From assembly GCA_038889235.1 (NCBI GenBank), contig JAWAHN010000002.1, positions 14,356 through 46,355 of the forward strand: 32,000 nucleotides of DNA. The letters run 5' to 3'. The DNA comes from Candidatus Jordarchaeales archaeon. GTDB lineage: Archaea > Asgardarchaeota > Jordiarchaeia > Jordiarchaeales > Freyrarchaeaceae. A program made the position numbers and the translations under genes. The notes beneath the pieces are model-generated. The model did no database searches and was not told where the DNA came from. It worked only from the letters and a program-made list of their open reading frames with translations. Shown piece by piece: positions 17,634 through 26,438 of the stretch (within the stretch, counting starts at the first letter, position 1; every line of letters starts with the position of its first letter).

Positions 17634-18560
17634 ATGAATGCAGTCGAAAAGGAGTTGGTTATAGTTGGCGGGGGCCCAGCGGGCCTTTCAGCCGCCATCT
17701 ACGCTTCGAGACTTGGGCTAAATGTCGTGCTCTTTGAAGCTAAGATGGTTGGTGGGCAAGCTGCCGAAGCTGCTGTGGTCGAAAACTACCCTGGCTTCGA
17801 CTCTATAAGGGGAATGGAGCTAGTTGAAAGAATGCGGCAGCAAGCCGAGAAATATGGATGCGAGATAAGGGAAATGGAAGCTGTGAAGAGGATAACGAGG
17901 GAGGGAGAAAAGTTCAGAGTGGTTACTAGTCTGGGAGAGTACCTTGCCAAGGCGGTGATAATCGCCACGGGTAGAGAGAAGAGGAAGCTCGGGGTTCCGG
18001 GAGAGGAGGAGTTCAAGGGGCGCGGGGTCAGCTACTGCGCCACGTGCGACGCCCCCCTTTACCGTGGTAAGAGGGTCCTCGTGGTTGGTGGGGGGAACAC
18101 CGCTGCAAGCGAGGCCCTCTACCTCTCGGAGAACGCTAAGGAAGTCCACCTAGTTCACAGGAGAAGTGACCTTAGAGCTGAAAAAGTGCTAAAAGAGAGG
18201 CTTAAGGAAAGGAACGTGGTATTCCACTGGAACAGCGTGGTGAAGAGAATAGAAGGCGACAAGCTCGTTAGGCGCGTGGTGATCCAAAACTTGGAGAGCG
18301 GGGAAGAAAGGGTGCTGGAAGTAGACGGCGTTTTCATAGCCGTTGGTGAGACACCGTCGAGCAGCATAGCATTGGAGCTGGGAGTGAAGCTCGACGAAGA
18401 AGGCTACATCATCGTTGACAGGAATCAGAGGACGAACGTTGAAGGGGTTTTCGCTGCGGGAGACGTAACAGGAGGAGTAATGCAGATAGTTAAAGCGGCA
18501 GGGGAAGGCGCTGTAGCAGCGGTCAACGCATACCTCTACATACGTAAGGGGTGGTACTGA
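17634..18560 (+). CDS. trxB: Thioredoxin-disulfide reductase
   Basis: IVGGGPAG, GVSYCATCD (CxxC), VVGGGNTA, VHRR, VFAAGD. ATG at 17634 follows AGGGGTG; the ORF-track extension from 17538 is unlikely. Confidence 0.93.
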   Translation: MNAVEKELVIVGGGPAGLSAAIYASRLGLNVVLFEAKMVGGQAAEAAVVENYPGFDSIRGMELVERMRQQAEKYGCEIREMEAVKRITREGEKFRVVTSLGEYLAKAVIIATGREKRKLGVPGEEEFKGRGVSYCATCDAPLYRGKRVLVVGGGNTAASEALYLSENAKEVHLVHRRSDLRAEKVLKERLKERNVVFHWNSVVKRIEGDKLVRRVVIQNLESGEERVLEVDGVFIAVGETPSSSIALELGVKLDEEGYIIVDRNQRTNVEGVFAAGDVTGGVMQIVKAAGEGAVAAVNAYLYIRKGWY

Positions 18561-18657
18561 GAAGCTAACACAACCACCAGCTCGTAAACGAAAATGGTAG
18601 CGAAAGCACCTCAAGGGCATTGTCCAGTCGCCGTAAAATCTGCCTTAAACCGCTAAT

Positions 18658-19266
18658 CTACCTTTTATCGCTTCCTAGGATGAAATCTATGAACTTACGA
18701 GTGCTCGGAGCTAGGGAGCCTGACCTCACTAGGTCGTTCCACTCTTCCACAATAGACCTGTAAGACTCCCACTCTTTTTCAAGCAGCAGCATGTCTTCAA
18801 CCAGTTTGTCGAACTCGAACTTTTTACCCCTACCCACCCCGTCACAAATTAAGAGAGCATCCGGATTAAGTTTAAACCTGCGTCCGCCAAGCCAGAGGAA
18901 CGGGAAAGCCCTACAATTCATCGGTCTAACAGGGTATACCTCACACTCACCTCTGTTAAAAATACACCTTCCACTCTTCTCTTTCAAAGCTAAGACCAGC
19001 TCTTTCCCACGGTCCCCTATAAACCTCGGTATACCTCTGTAGGTGTGAGCCACGCTGCTGGGGACATGTACCCCCTCCAGAAAACTGTGAGGGGAAAAAC
19101 CATAGAAGTTGATGATCCTCTTGACGTCTGCATCCGTCACACAAACCGTGTACTTAGAGCAACAGGCTCCACACTTCTGGCACTCAAAGCTACCTGGCTT
19201 GAAAACGAGCCTCAGCGCCCTGAAAGCAGCCTTAGGGAGGAGTTTGACGTCCAACCAACCGGTCAC
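18658..19266 (-). CDS. YkgJ/UPF0153 family Cys-cluster (Zn/Fe-chelating) protein
   Basis: FECQKCGACC, GRCIF...CEVYPVRP.NCRAFPF, C.G.G.G motifs. Confidence 0.85.
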   Translation of the reverse strand: MTGWLDVKLLPKAAFRALRLVFKPGSFECQKCGACCSKYTVCVTDADVKRIINFYGFSPHSFLEGVHVPSSVAHTYRGIPRFIGDRGKELVLALKEKSGRCIFNRGECEVYPVRPMNCRAFPFLWLGGRRFKLNPDALLICDGVGRGKKFEFDKLVEDMLLLEKEWESYRSIVEEWNDLVRSGSLAPSTRKFIDFILGSDKR

Positions 19267-19337
19267 CTTTAAAGCCGGAGGGCTCGAAATAACAGTTTTT
19301 AGCTCCTTCGTTTATAAGTTAATGGGGGTTTACGCTT

Positions 19338-20849
19338 TTGAAGATTATGACAAGTGGAGAGGTGCGGATAGCGGACTTAAACGCCGAGTTTCTAGGAGTC
19401 CCCCGCCTTCTCCTAATGGAGAACGCTGGGAGAAGCGTTGCAGACGCAATCTGTAATAGGGTTAAAGTTGAAGGGAAAAAGATTGCAGTTTTCTGTGGGC
19501 AGGGGGACAATGGAGGCGACGGCTTCGTCGCCGCGAGACACCTCGCCTTCCGCGGAGCTAAGGTAACAGTGATACTTGTAGGCGACGAGGAAGGCATCAG
19601 AACAAGCGAGGCAAAACGTAACTGGAACGCCATTAAGGCTATGTTTACCGTCGAAAAAATCTTGGTGAGAGATTCTAGGGAGGTAGTAGCACTTGAGGAA
19701 AAACTCGGCAACATAGACATCGTTGTTGACGCGCTGCTCGGAACCGGAGTAAGGGGAGAAGTAAGGGAACCCATCGCGTCGGCAATAGACTTGATTAACA
19801 GGATTAAGGGGTTTAAGGTCTCCGTAGACGTTCCTTCAGGGCTAAACCCGGACACCGGAGAGGTGTGCGGAAGGGCTGTTAAAGCAGACCTAACTGTTTG
19901 CCTCCACGCGGCCAAGCCCGCGCTTCCAAGCTCGCCCTTCACCGGTGAGCTCGAAGTTTATCCGATAGGCATCCCGCCTGAAGCCGAGCTCATAGCAGGT
20001 CCCGGAGACCTGGAAGCAGTGAAGATAAGACGCTTGCCTGAGTCACATAAAGGAGACCATGGGCGTGTGCTCGTCATAGGAGGAGGAAGGGACTATTCTG
20101 GGGCTCCAGCCCTAACCGCGCTCGCAGCTCTAGTTACAGGAGTGGACATAGTAGTCGTAGCAGCCCCATCTAGCGTAGCAGACACTATTCGTGCATACTC
20201 ACCAAACCTCATAGTGCGTCCTCTTCCAGGCGAGGTATACTCTCCCAAAGCACTTGAAAAAGTAAAGCGCCTCATAGACGGCGCGTCCGCACTAGCGATA
20301 GGACCCGGACTTGGGCTAGAGGAAGAAACCGTAGAAGCTGTGGTGGAAACGTTGAAGCTTGCTAGAGAGAAAGGCATGCCTACCGTCATCGACGCTGACG
20401 CGCTAAAAGCCATATCCGGGAAAGCGGAGAAGCTTATAAGCAGAAAAATGGTCTTGACACCACACCAAGGCGAGTTCTTCAGCCTTACGGGGGAAAAACT
20501 CCTCGGCAGGACTTTGGAGGAAAAGATAGAGGCTGTTAAAAGGTGGAGCAGGAATCTCGGAGCAACAATACTGCTCAAGGCGCACTGGGACATAATATCA
20601 GACGGCGAGAAAGTCAAGATTAACATCACGGGAAACCCGGGGATGACTGTTGGAGGGACAGGTGACGTACTCACAGGATGCTGCGCGGCGATACTCTCGT
20701 GGGGGAGAGACGCTTTTACAGCGGCAGTGGCAGCGGCATTCATAAACGGCAGAGCAGGAGACATCGCTGTCCAGCGAAAGGGATACCACATAACCGCAAC
20801 AGACGTGATCTCATACATTCCGCACGCAATGGGCGACGCTAACGAGTAA
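19338..20849 (+). CDS. nnr: Bifunctional NAD(P)H-hydrate epimerase/dehydratase (YjeF)
   Basis: LMENAG, GDNGGDG, VDALLGTG, SVDVPSG, HKGDHG, AIGPGLG, VIDADA, LTPHQGEF, GGTGDVL. Start TTG 19338 or ATG 19347. Confidence 0.95.
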   Translation: MKIMTSGEVRIADLNAEFLGVPRLLLMENAGRSVADAICNRVKVEGKKIAVFCGQGDNGGDGFVAARHLAFRGAKVTVILVGDEEGIRTSEAKRNWNAIKAMFTVEKILVRDSREVVALEEKLGNIDIVVDALLGTGVRGEVREPIASAIDLINRIKGFKVSVDVPSGLNPDTGEVCGRAVKADLTVCLHAAKPALPSSPFTGELEVYPIGIPPEAELIAGPGDLEAVKIRRLPESHKGDHGRVLVIGGGRDYSGAPALTALAALVTGVDIVVVAAPSSVADTIRAYSPNLIVRPLPGEVYSPKALEKVKRLIDGASALAIGPGLGLEEETVEAVVETLKLAREKGMPTVIDADALKAISGKAEKLISRKMVLTPHQGEFFSLTGEKLLGRTLEEKIEAVKRWSRNLGATILLKAHWDIISDGEKVKINITGNPGMTVGGTGDVLTGCCAAILSWGRDAFTAAVAAAFINGRAGDIAVQRKGYHITATDVISYIPHAMGDANE

Positions 20850-20985
20850 GCAAGCCGCCGGCAACACCCAGTGCCACCAGATAACTAGAAAAGGGTCGGT
20901 GATGTGCCTCCCATCAAAGGAGGAGTTGTAGGAAAAGTTTTTAATAGCGTCCCTTAATGATGGAGATGAAAAGGAGGAAGAAAAT

Positions 20986-21204
20986 ATGAGCGCACAGCAG
21001 GACACCGCGACCCCAGCGGAGGTAATAGCTATAGTTGACCGCACGGGAATTTACGGGGAGATAATCCAGGTTAGAGTTAGAGTATTAGAGGGGCCCGACC
21101 GAGGACGCATACTAACGCGCAACGTGAGGGGCCCTGTTAGGATAGGTGACATAGTGATGCTTAGAGAAACCGAGCGGGAAGCAAGAAAGATCAAACCACG
21201 CTAG
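20986..21204 (+). CDS. rps28e: 30S ribosomal protein S28e (eS28)
   Basis: [39 protein letters not shown]...LRETEREAR; GGAGG SD. Confidence 0.97.
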   Translation: MSAQQDTATPAEVIAIVDRTGIYGEIIQVRVRVLEGPDRGRILTRNVRGPVRIGDIVMLRETEREARKIKPR

Positions 21205-21558
21205 CCCCTTTCTGTCCTAGTTCGCCTCTCAATTAGCTGGGATCTCGCCCACACGAGTTTACATGCTTCATGCTATTTCTCCAGTAATGTTAATTAATAG
21301 ATTTGTGCGCGCTTTTACAGCCTTCTCACCTTTATAAATAACATCGCACAATAACTGGAAGACGAGTGAGAGTTGCACGGCACATCATTTCAGGAAAGTT
21401 TCACTTCCACATATCCCATAGAAAAAAATCGAGTAAGCCCTAGTCCCAGTTCGAGCGCTTAACCACCGCATGAAGCGCAGCTGTGAATCATCCAATGGTG
21501 GTGCCTTACAATCCCCTTGCAGCCTCACTAGTAGTCTAATAGAAGTGGAGGGGGAGAA

Positions 21559-22455
21559 ATGAAAAACCATGAAGCCCGCAGCGGCTACAAAGGTCTCTAT
21601 GTCACAGCTAGGGAGCCATTTCTCGGGTGTTCCAAAACCTATAATGAAGCACTAATAGTGATCATCGGTGTGCCATTTGACGCTACAAGCACATACAAGC
21701 CTGGCGCTAGGTTCGCTCCCGCAGCCATAAGGGAAGCATCGTGGAACATGGAGAGTTTCAGCATTGAACGTTCGCTCGACGCGTGTTCAATACCCTTCTG
21801 CGATCTAGGAGACTTAGACGTGGTTCCAGGGGATGTAAACGAAACCCTCCGGCGCCTAAAACTAGTAATCTCTGAAATGCTTGAGGATCGCAAGAAGCCT
21901 TTAATCCTAGGAGGCGAACACACTCTAACGCTTGGAGCGGTCGAATGCCTAGGAGACGTAGGTGTGATACAGTTTGACGCACACATGGACCTGAGAGACG
22001 ACTATGCTTGTCAAAAAATTTGCCACGCAACTATTGCTAGAAGGATCACGGAGAAGGGTATCCCCTTAATCCAAGTCGGGGTTAGAGCATGCTCAAAGGA
22101 AGAGTACGAGTATGCCAAGGAAAGCGGTCTCACCCTAATACCAGCGCACGAAGTTCACTACTCTCTAGAAAAAGCCACACGCCAAGTAAGGAAGTTTCAA
22201 GAGCAACATGAAAAAGTGTACGTAACCGTTGATCTAGACGTTTTAGACCCCGCATTCGCACCTGAGGTTGGAAATCCCGAGCCGGGCGGCTTGACAGTTA
22301 TCGAACTACTCACCCTACTAAAAGAGTGCCAGAACATTACCGGAAGTGATATCGTAGAAGTAACCCCATCAGGCGGATTTACCGCCTTTACTGCAGCTAA
22401 AATAACCATCGAACTAATGTTCCAAATGCTAATAAAATATAAAAGGTTAAGGTAA
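21559..22455 (+). CDS. speB: Agmatinase (ureohydrolase family)
   Basis: GVPFDATSTYKPGARFAPAAIR, GGEH, DAHMDL, DLDVLDP.FAP.VGNPEPGG, DIVEV. Confidence 0.9.
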   Translation: MKNHEARSGYKGLYVTAREPFLGCSKTYNEALIVIIGVPFDATSTYKPGARFAPAAIREASWNMESFSIERSLDACSIPFCDLGDLDVVPGDVNETLRRLKLVISEMLEDRKKPLILGGEHTLTLGAVECLGDVGVIQFDAHMDLRDDYACQKICHATIARRITEKGIPLIQVGVRACSKEEYEYAKESGLTLIPAHEVHYSLEKATRQVRKFQEQHEKVYVTVDLDVLDPAFAPEVGNPEPGGLTVIELLTLLKECQNITGSDIVEVTPSGGFTAFTAAKITIELMFQMLIKYKRLR

Positions 22456-22469
22456 GGTTATAATTATAT

Positions 22470-23252
22470 TTACTTCATTTTTAGTTCTTCAAGTCTTACC
22501 ATGAAACCTACGTCTCTTTTTCTAATGTAGACATTAGGTAGTCCAACGGCTTCACCTGCTTTGATCATTTCCTCGAGTGTGGGTCTTCTCATTTTCCTCA
22601 TTTCATCGCTTCTCGCTAAACTTGGCTCGAATTCTTGCAGGGTGTAGCTCGCCTGCCCCTTTAGGGCTTTTTCCACATATCCCAATTTCCTAAGGGTTTC
22701 GCCGATGTTTCTCATGTGTTCTTCACTGTCGTTGACTGTAGGGATGAGGGTGGTTCTAACATCCACGTATGCGTCGCTTAGGAAGAGTGTTCTTAGGGTT
22801 TCCTTTAACCTGTTTATGGCTTCCGCTCCTTTCTCGACCCCTATAATTCTACTGTAAAGGTCGGGGTCGTTGAAGGCAGCCTTAACGTCAACCGAGACTA
22901 GGTTAGTGTGCCCTACGAGGCTCTTAACCACGTCTGGAAAGTACCCGTTTGTGTCGAATCCGAAGAGCAGTCCTCGCCTCTTACAGAACTCCGAAAGCTT
23001 AAGCAGGAACTCTGGGTAAAGTGTAGGTTCGCCCCCTGACATCTTCACGGCATCCACGATGTCGAGTGCCCCCTTGATGCTTGAGACGAACGCGTCGAAG
23101 GTTTTTTCGTGTTCAGGTCTGGCTTCTAGTATAGGCCAGTTTTGACACATTGGGCATTTGAAGGAGCATCCTGGAACAAAGACTACGAGAGCAGGCCTGC
23201 CCGGGTAATCTACGAAGCTCAGCTCAACGACTCCCGCCACAAGAACCTTCAT
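22470..23252 (-). CDS. Radical SAM protein, anaerobic ribonucleotide reductase activating / PFL-activase family
   Basis: SFVDYPG, GCSFKCPMCQN (CxxxCxxC), SGGEPT, DTNG, DVKA, RTT. Confidence 0.88.
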   Translation of the reverse strand: MKVLVAGVVELSFVDYPGRPALVVFVPGCSFKCPMCQNWPILEARPEHEKTFDAFVSSIKGALDIVDAVKMSGGEPTLYPEFLLKLSEFCKRRGLLFGFDTNGYFPDVVKSLVGHTNLVSVDVKAAFNDPDLYSRIIGVEKGAEAINRLKETLRTLFLSDAYVDVRTTLIPTVNDSEEHMRNIGETLRKLGYVEKALKGQASYTLQEFEPSLARSDEMRKMRRPTLEEMIKAGEAVGLPNVYIRKRDVGFMVRLEELKMK

Positions 23253-23369
23253 GCCGGAGACACCGAAACGCTTTTTAAAAACAGTTTTGTAAGCACTTTA
23301 TAAATACCTCTGTATGCCTTCTCTTGAAGGCATGCAACTTGTTTTATTTTTGAAAAAGCTGGGAGGAGA

Positions 23370-23798
23370 GTGGCCTTGTCCGTCCTTAAAAAACCGTTTA
23401 TAGCCGAATTCGTCACAGTTGGAGAGAATAACTCCATCATTCTCCCCTCTAGCATCGCTTCTTCTCTCAACATTAAGAAAGGGGTGCGCGTCTTAATAGT
23501 GGCAGACGTCGGCAAGATGAACTTCGTAGCCTACCCCATAGTTAGAGGAGAGAGAATGCTTGCAGAGATAAAGGTGAAGATGCTTGATAAGCCAGGAACA
23601 CTAGGCATGATCGCAACTGAGCTAGGGAAGATGAACATCAACATACAGACTACAATCATCCCGCCTGGGTCCGGAGGCGTAGCCGACGCATACTTCATAG
23701 CAGACTGCACGGAGAGCAAAGTCCCCCTTTCCGAAGTTGAGGAAAGGCTAAAAAAGCTTGAAAACACAATCGACGTTGAAGTTAATCCCCTAGAGTGA
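23370..23798 (+). CDS. AbrB/SpoVT-like N-terminus plus ACT domain protein (probable ligand-responsive regulator)
   Basis: N-terminal ..IILPSSIASSLNIKKG.RV (swapped-hairpin pattern); ACT signature DKPGTLGMIATELGKMNINI. Confidence 0.7.
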   Translation: MALSVLKKPFIAEFVTVGENNSIILPSSIASSLNIKKGVRVLIVADVGKMNFVAYPIVRGERMLAEIKVKMLDKPGTLGMIATELGKMNINIQTTIIPPGSGGVADAYFIADCTESKVPLSEVEERLKKLENTIDVEVNPLE

Positions 23799-23804
23799 CC
23801 GAGG

Positions 23805-24446
23805 ATGGAAGCCACTTTGGTGATACTGAAACCTGACGCTACCGTAAGAAGTTTTGTTGGAGCCTACACTATCAGGGCAATATTGGACCGAGGGTACAAG
23901 GTGACTGCCTTCAAGTGGGTTGAAGTTACAGGTGAGCTTGCGGAGAAGCATTACGAAGAGCATGCAGGGAAGCCATTCTTCAGCTGGCTCACCTTCTACA
24001 TTAGGGCAGCCCCAGTTGTGGCGATGAAAGTGGAAGGAGAAGGCGTAATACAGGGAATACGGAGCATGCTAGGTGCGACAATGGCTCAAAAAGCGGATCC
24101 AGAAACGATCAGAGGAAAGTACGGAATATGGGGTGGTGTGAATGTGGCGCACGCCTCTGATTCTCCTCAGACTGCGAGAAGAGAGCTAGAGCTCTGGATA
24201 ACTAAGGCGGGGTTAAAGGAGGGCGGAGAAGGGGAAGCGGAGGAGTACGCCAAATCATGTAATACCATAAGAGACTACACTAAGAAGCTTAGGGAGACAT
24301 GTAGAACCCTCTCTGAAAGAAAAATAGACGTCAACAGCGCGCGGGAGACCATAAAAAAGCTCCTCGTAGAAGAGAATCCTACGGCAAAGCTTCACCATGT
24401 ACTCAACTTAACAGAAGCAATAGTTCAAAGCTGCCTTTCCCCTTAG
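23805..24446 (+). CDS. ndk: Nucleoside diphosphate kinase with about 75-aa C-terminal extension
   Basis: TLVILKPDA, HYEEHAGKPFF, GAT...A.PETIRGKYG, NVAHASDS (catalytic His). Confidence 0.93.
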   Translation: MEATLVILKPDATVRSFVGAYTIRAILDRGYKVTAFKWVEVTGELAEKHYEEHAGKPFFSWLTFYIRAAPVVAMKVEGEGVIQGIRSMLGATMAQKADPETIRGKYGIWGGVNVAHASDSPQTARRELELWITKAGLKEGGEGEAEEYAKSCNTIRDYTKKLRETCRTLSERKIDVNSARETIKKLLVEENPTAKLHHVLNLTEAIVQSCLSP

Positions 24447-24468
24447 ACTCGATCTCACATAATTCTGG

Positions 24469-24672
24469 CTACTGACCGCTCTTCCCTTTCTCGTAGAAGT
24501 TTGTCCACTTGATTTTCCTCGGCTTCCTGCCCAAGTCCAGCATATTCTTTCTGCACTTGCTTGAGCAAAAGTGCAGCACCACTCCGTCACGTCTCACAAA
24601 GTTGATACCGGTTCCCGGCTCTATGTCCCTACCACAGAAGGAGCAAGTGTACTTCTTCAATCCAACCACCAC
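24469..24672 (-). CDS. rpl24e: 50S ribosomal protein L24e (eL24)
   Basis: [19 protein letters not shown]....FCSSKCRKN...RKPRKIKWT. Confidence 0.97.
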   Translation of the reverse strand: MVVGLKKYTCSFCGRDIEPGTGINFVRRDGVVLHFCSSKCRKNMLDLGRKPRKIKWTNFYEKGKSGQ

Positions 24673-24694
24673 TCCAACGGAAAAACACTACAAC

Positions 24695-25249
24695 TTAAAT
24701 TTTTCCCTCCTGCGAGCCCTGACTACTCTTCTTAAATATAATCATCCTAGCTAAGTCGGCGAAAGCCTCGTTTATGTTCAAGCCCGTTTTAGCGCTAGTT
24801 TCGAAGTACAGCATATTATTCTTTATGGCGAACTCGAGCGCGTCTTCTAGGGGGACAGCTCGGGGCATATCACGCTTGTTCCCGATAAGGATTAACGGCA
24901 CACTACCACAATGAGTTCTAACCTCTTTGATCCATAAAGGCAGTCTCTCAAAACTCTCTACTTTGGTCAAATCGTAGACGCAGAAGCCGCCAACCGCACC
25001 CCTGTAATACAGCTGCCTGATGTGGCTGAACCTGTCCTGCCCGCTTTGGTCCCAGATCTGAAATTTAACCACTTTCCTCCCGAGGTGAGTGTCCACCTCG
25101 ATACTCTTCACGGCGAAGTCGACACCAACCGTCATCTTGTAACTTTCCTGGAATACACCCTCACTAAACCGCCTCGTTATAGAAGTTTTTCCAACGCCAC
25201 CGTCGCCAACTATCACAACCTTAAACAAGTACGCGTAATCCGCCGCCAT
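24695..25249 (-). CDS. Rab-like small GTPase
   Basis: G1 GDGGVGKTS, G2 YKMTVGVDF, G3 WDQSGQ, G4 NKRD, G5 ETSAK, plus YYRGA. ATG at 25249 (alternative 25267). Confidence 0.93.
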   Translation of the reverse strand: MAADYAYLFKVVIVGDGGVGKTSITRRFSEGVFQESYKMTVGVDFAVKSIEVDTHLGRKVVKFQIWDQSGQDRFSHIRQLYYRGAVGGFCVYDLTKVESFERLPLWIKEVRTHCGSVPLILIGNKRDMPRAVPLEDALEFAIKNNMLYFETSAKTGLNINEAFADLARMIIFKKSSQGSQEGKI

Positions 25250-25358
25250 AGTCCCTCCTCTCTCCACCGGTACATTCTGTAATACCCCTCTAGCAAAAGC
25301 CTAAACGACCAAAGCACCAAGTAAATTGGTCTTCGCCTTAATTATTAAGATTTTTTAT

Positions 25359-26054
25359 CTATGTTTTACCGTTCCTCTTCAAAGTTTTGTCTCGCCCTAA
25401 GTAAGCCAACTTCGCGATTTCAACGAAAAGCCCGTTCTCGACTACGCCCGGTATATTGTTTATCTTCTCCTCCAACTCCCCGGGGTCGTCTATTCTGGGA
25501 AACTTCGCGTCAAGAATGAAGTTCCCGTTGTCCGTCACCGTCGGCCCAACTTTTCCGCTCCCATGGCGTAACTCTACTCTCGCCCCAAGCTTTGCCAGCT
25601 TCGCAGCGACAGTCTTCCAAGCCACTGGTATGACTTCCACAGGTACTGGCGTTTTAACGCCAAGTTTCTCTACCAGCTTCGAACTATCAGCTATGACTAT
25701 CATCTCTTCGGAAGAAGAAGCCACTATTTTTTCCAAAGTGAGCGCTCCCCCTCTACCCTTAATCAGGTTAAGGTTAGGGTCTATTTCGTCTGCTCCATCC
25801 ACAGTCAAATCGAGTGTCGGGTGCTCGATCAGTGACGTTAAAGGTATCCCGTGCTCCGCTAACAGTATCGCCGATTGGTAGGACGTGGGGACGCATAAAA
25901 TCTCCAACTTCTCCTTCTTCACAGCGGACGCCAAAACCTCTATGAAAAAGGCCACAGTAGACCCGGAACCAACACCCAAAATCATACCATCCCTAACGTG
26001 TCTGACAGCTGCAAGCGCAGCAGCCTTCTTCTCTTCCTCAACTTCCACGCTCAC
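25359..26054 (-). CDS. rpiA: Ribose-5-phosphate isomerase A
   Basis: GVGSGSTV, DGADE, IKGRGGALTLEKIV, VPVEV, TDNGNFILD, PGVVENGLF. Confidence 0.96.
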   Translation of the reverse strand: MSVEVEEEKKAAALAAVRHVRDGMILGVGSGSTVAFFIEVLASAVKKEKLEILCVPTSYQSAILLAEHGIPLTSLIEHPTLDLTVDGADEIDPNLNLIKGRGGALTLEKIVASSSEEMIVIADSSKLVEKLGVKTPVPVEVIPVAWKTVAAKLAKLGARVELRHGSGKVGPTVTDNGNFILDAKFPRIDDPGELEEKINNIPGVVENGLFVEIAKLAYLGRDKTLKRNGKT

Positions 26055-26195
26055 ACCTCCTCCCAGAACCCCCCGCTGTTCTACTAATAAAAAATTTTGG
26101 AGTGTATACCGCGCTGCTGAGAAAAAAGGCTACCAACTAGCCTGGATTTACGCTTACTAGCAAGTGTAACCTTTAACGAGAGAAGTAGAAAGTTA

Positions 26196-26318
26196 AGCCC
26201 CGGCCGGGCTTTGAACCCGGGACCTTCTCATTTCTGGCATACCACCACTATAACGGGTACCAGTGAGACGCTCTAACCAGGCTGAGCTTTCCCGCTATAG
26301 ATGAAGGGGTACCGGGGC
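26196..26318 (-). tRNA. tRNA-Thr(GGU) with two introns: 22 nt at 8/9 (26289-26310) and 26 nt at 37/38 (26232-26257); CCA not encoded
   Basis: Removing both inserts gives a full cloverleaf: acceptor GCCCCGG/CCGGGGC with U73, D-stem GCUC/GAGC, anticodon stem UCUCA/UGAGA with loop CUGGUAA, and T-stem CCGGG/CCCGG with loop UUCAAAG. Both inserts form 4-bp helices with 3-nt bulges. Confidence 0.9.
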
Positions 26319-26354
26319 GCTCTCCGGGGCACTAGTTTCCTAAGAAGACTACTG

Positions 26355-26370
26355 GATATAAAAACCTTTT
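26355..26370 (-). promoter_or_regulatory. BRE-TATA promoter of tRNA-Thr
   Basis: Minus strand reads AAAAGG-TTTTTATATC, predicting a TSS near 26330-26333. Confidence 0.6.
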
Positions 26371-26438
26371 CTGGAACACAAAATGCGTTAATATTATATC
26401 TGCTTGCAAGCAGTTCTATTCATGGCGTTCGCATAGCG

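Noticed and set aside
26319-26330. Reading the 12-nt GCCCCGGAGAGC duplication as a third intron within the acceptor stem
   Set aside because: The register tested (3/4) gave no 4-bp BHB helix and no other was evident; a leader interpretation fits the predicted TSS.
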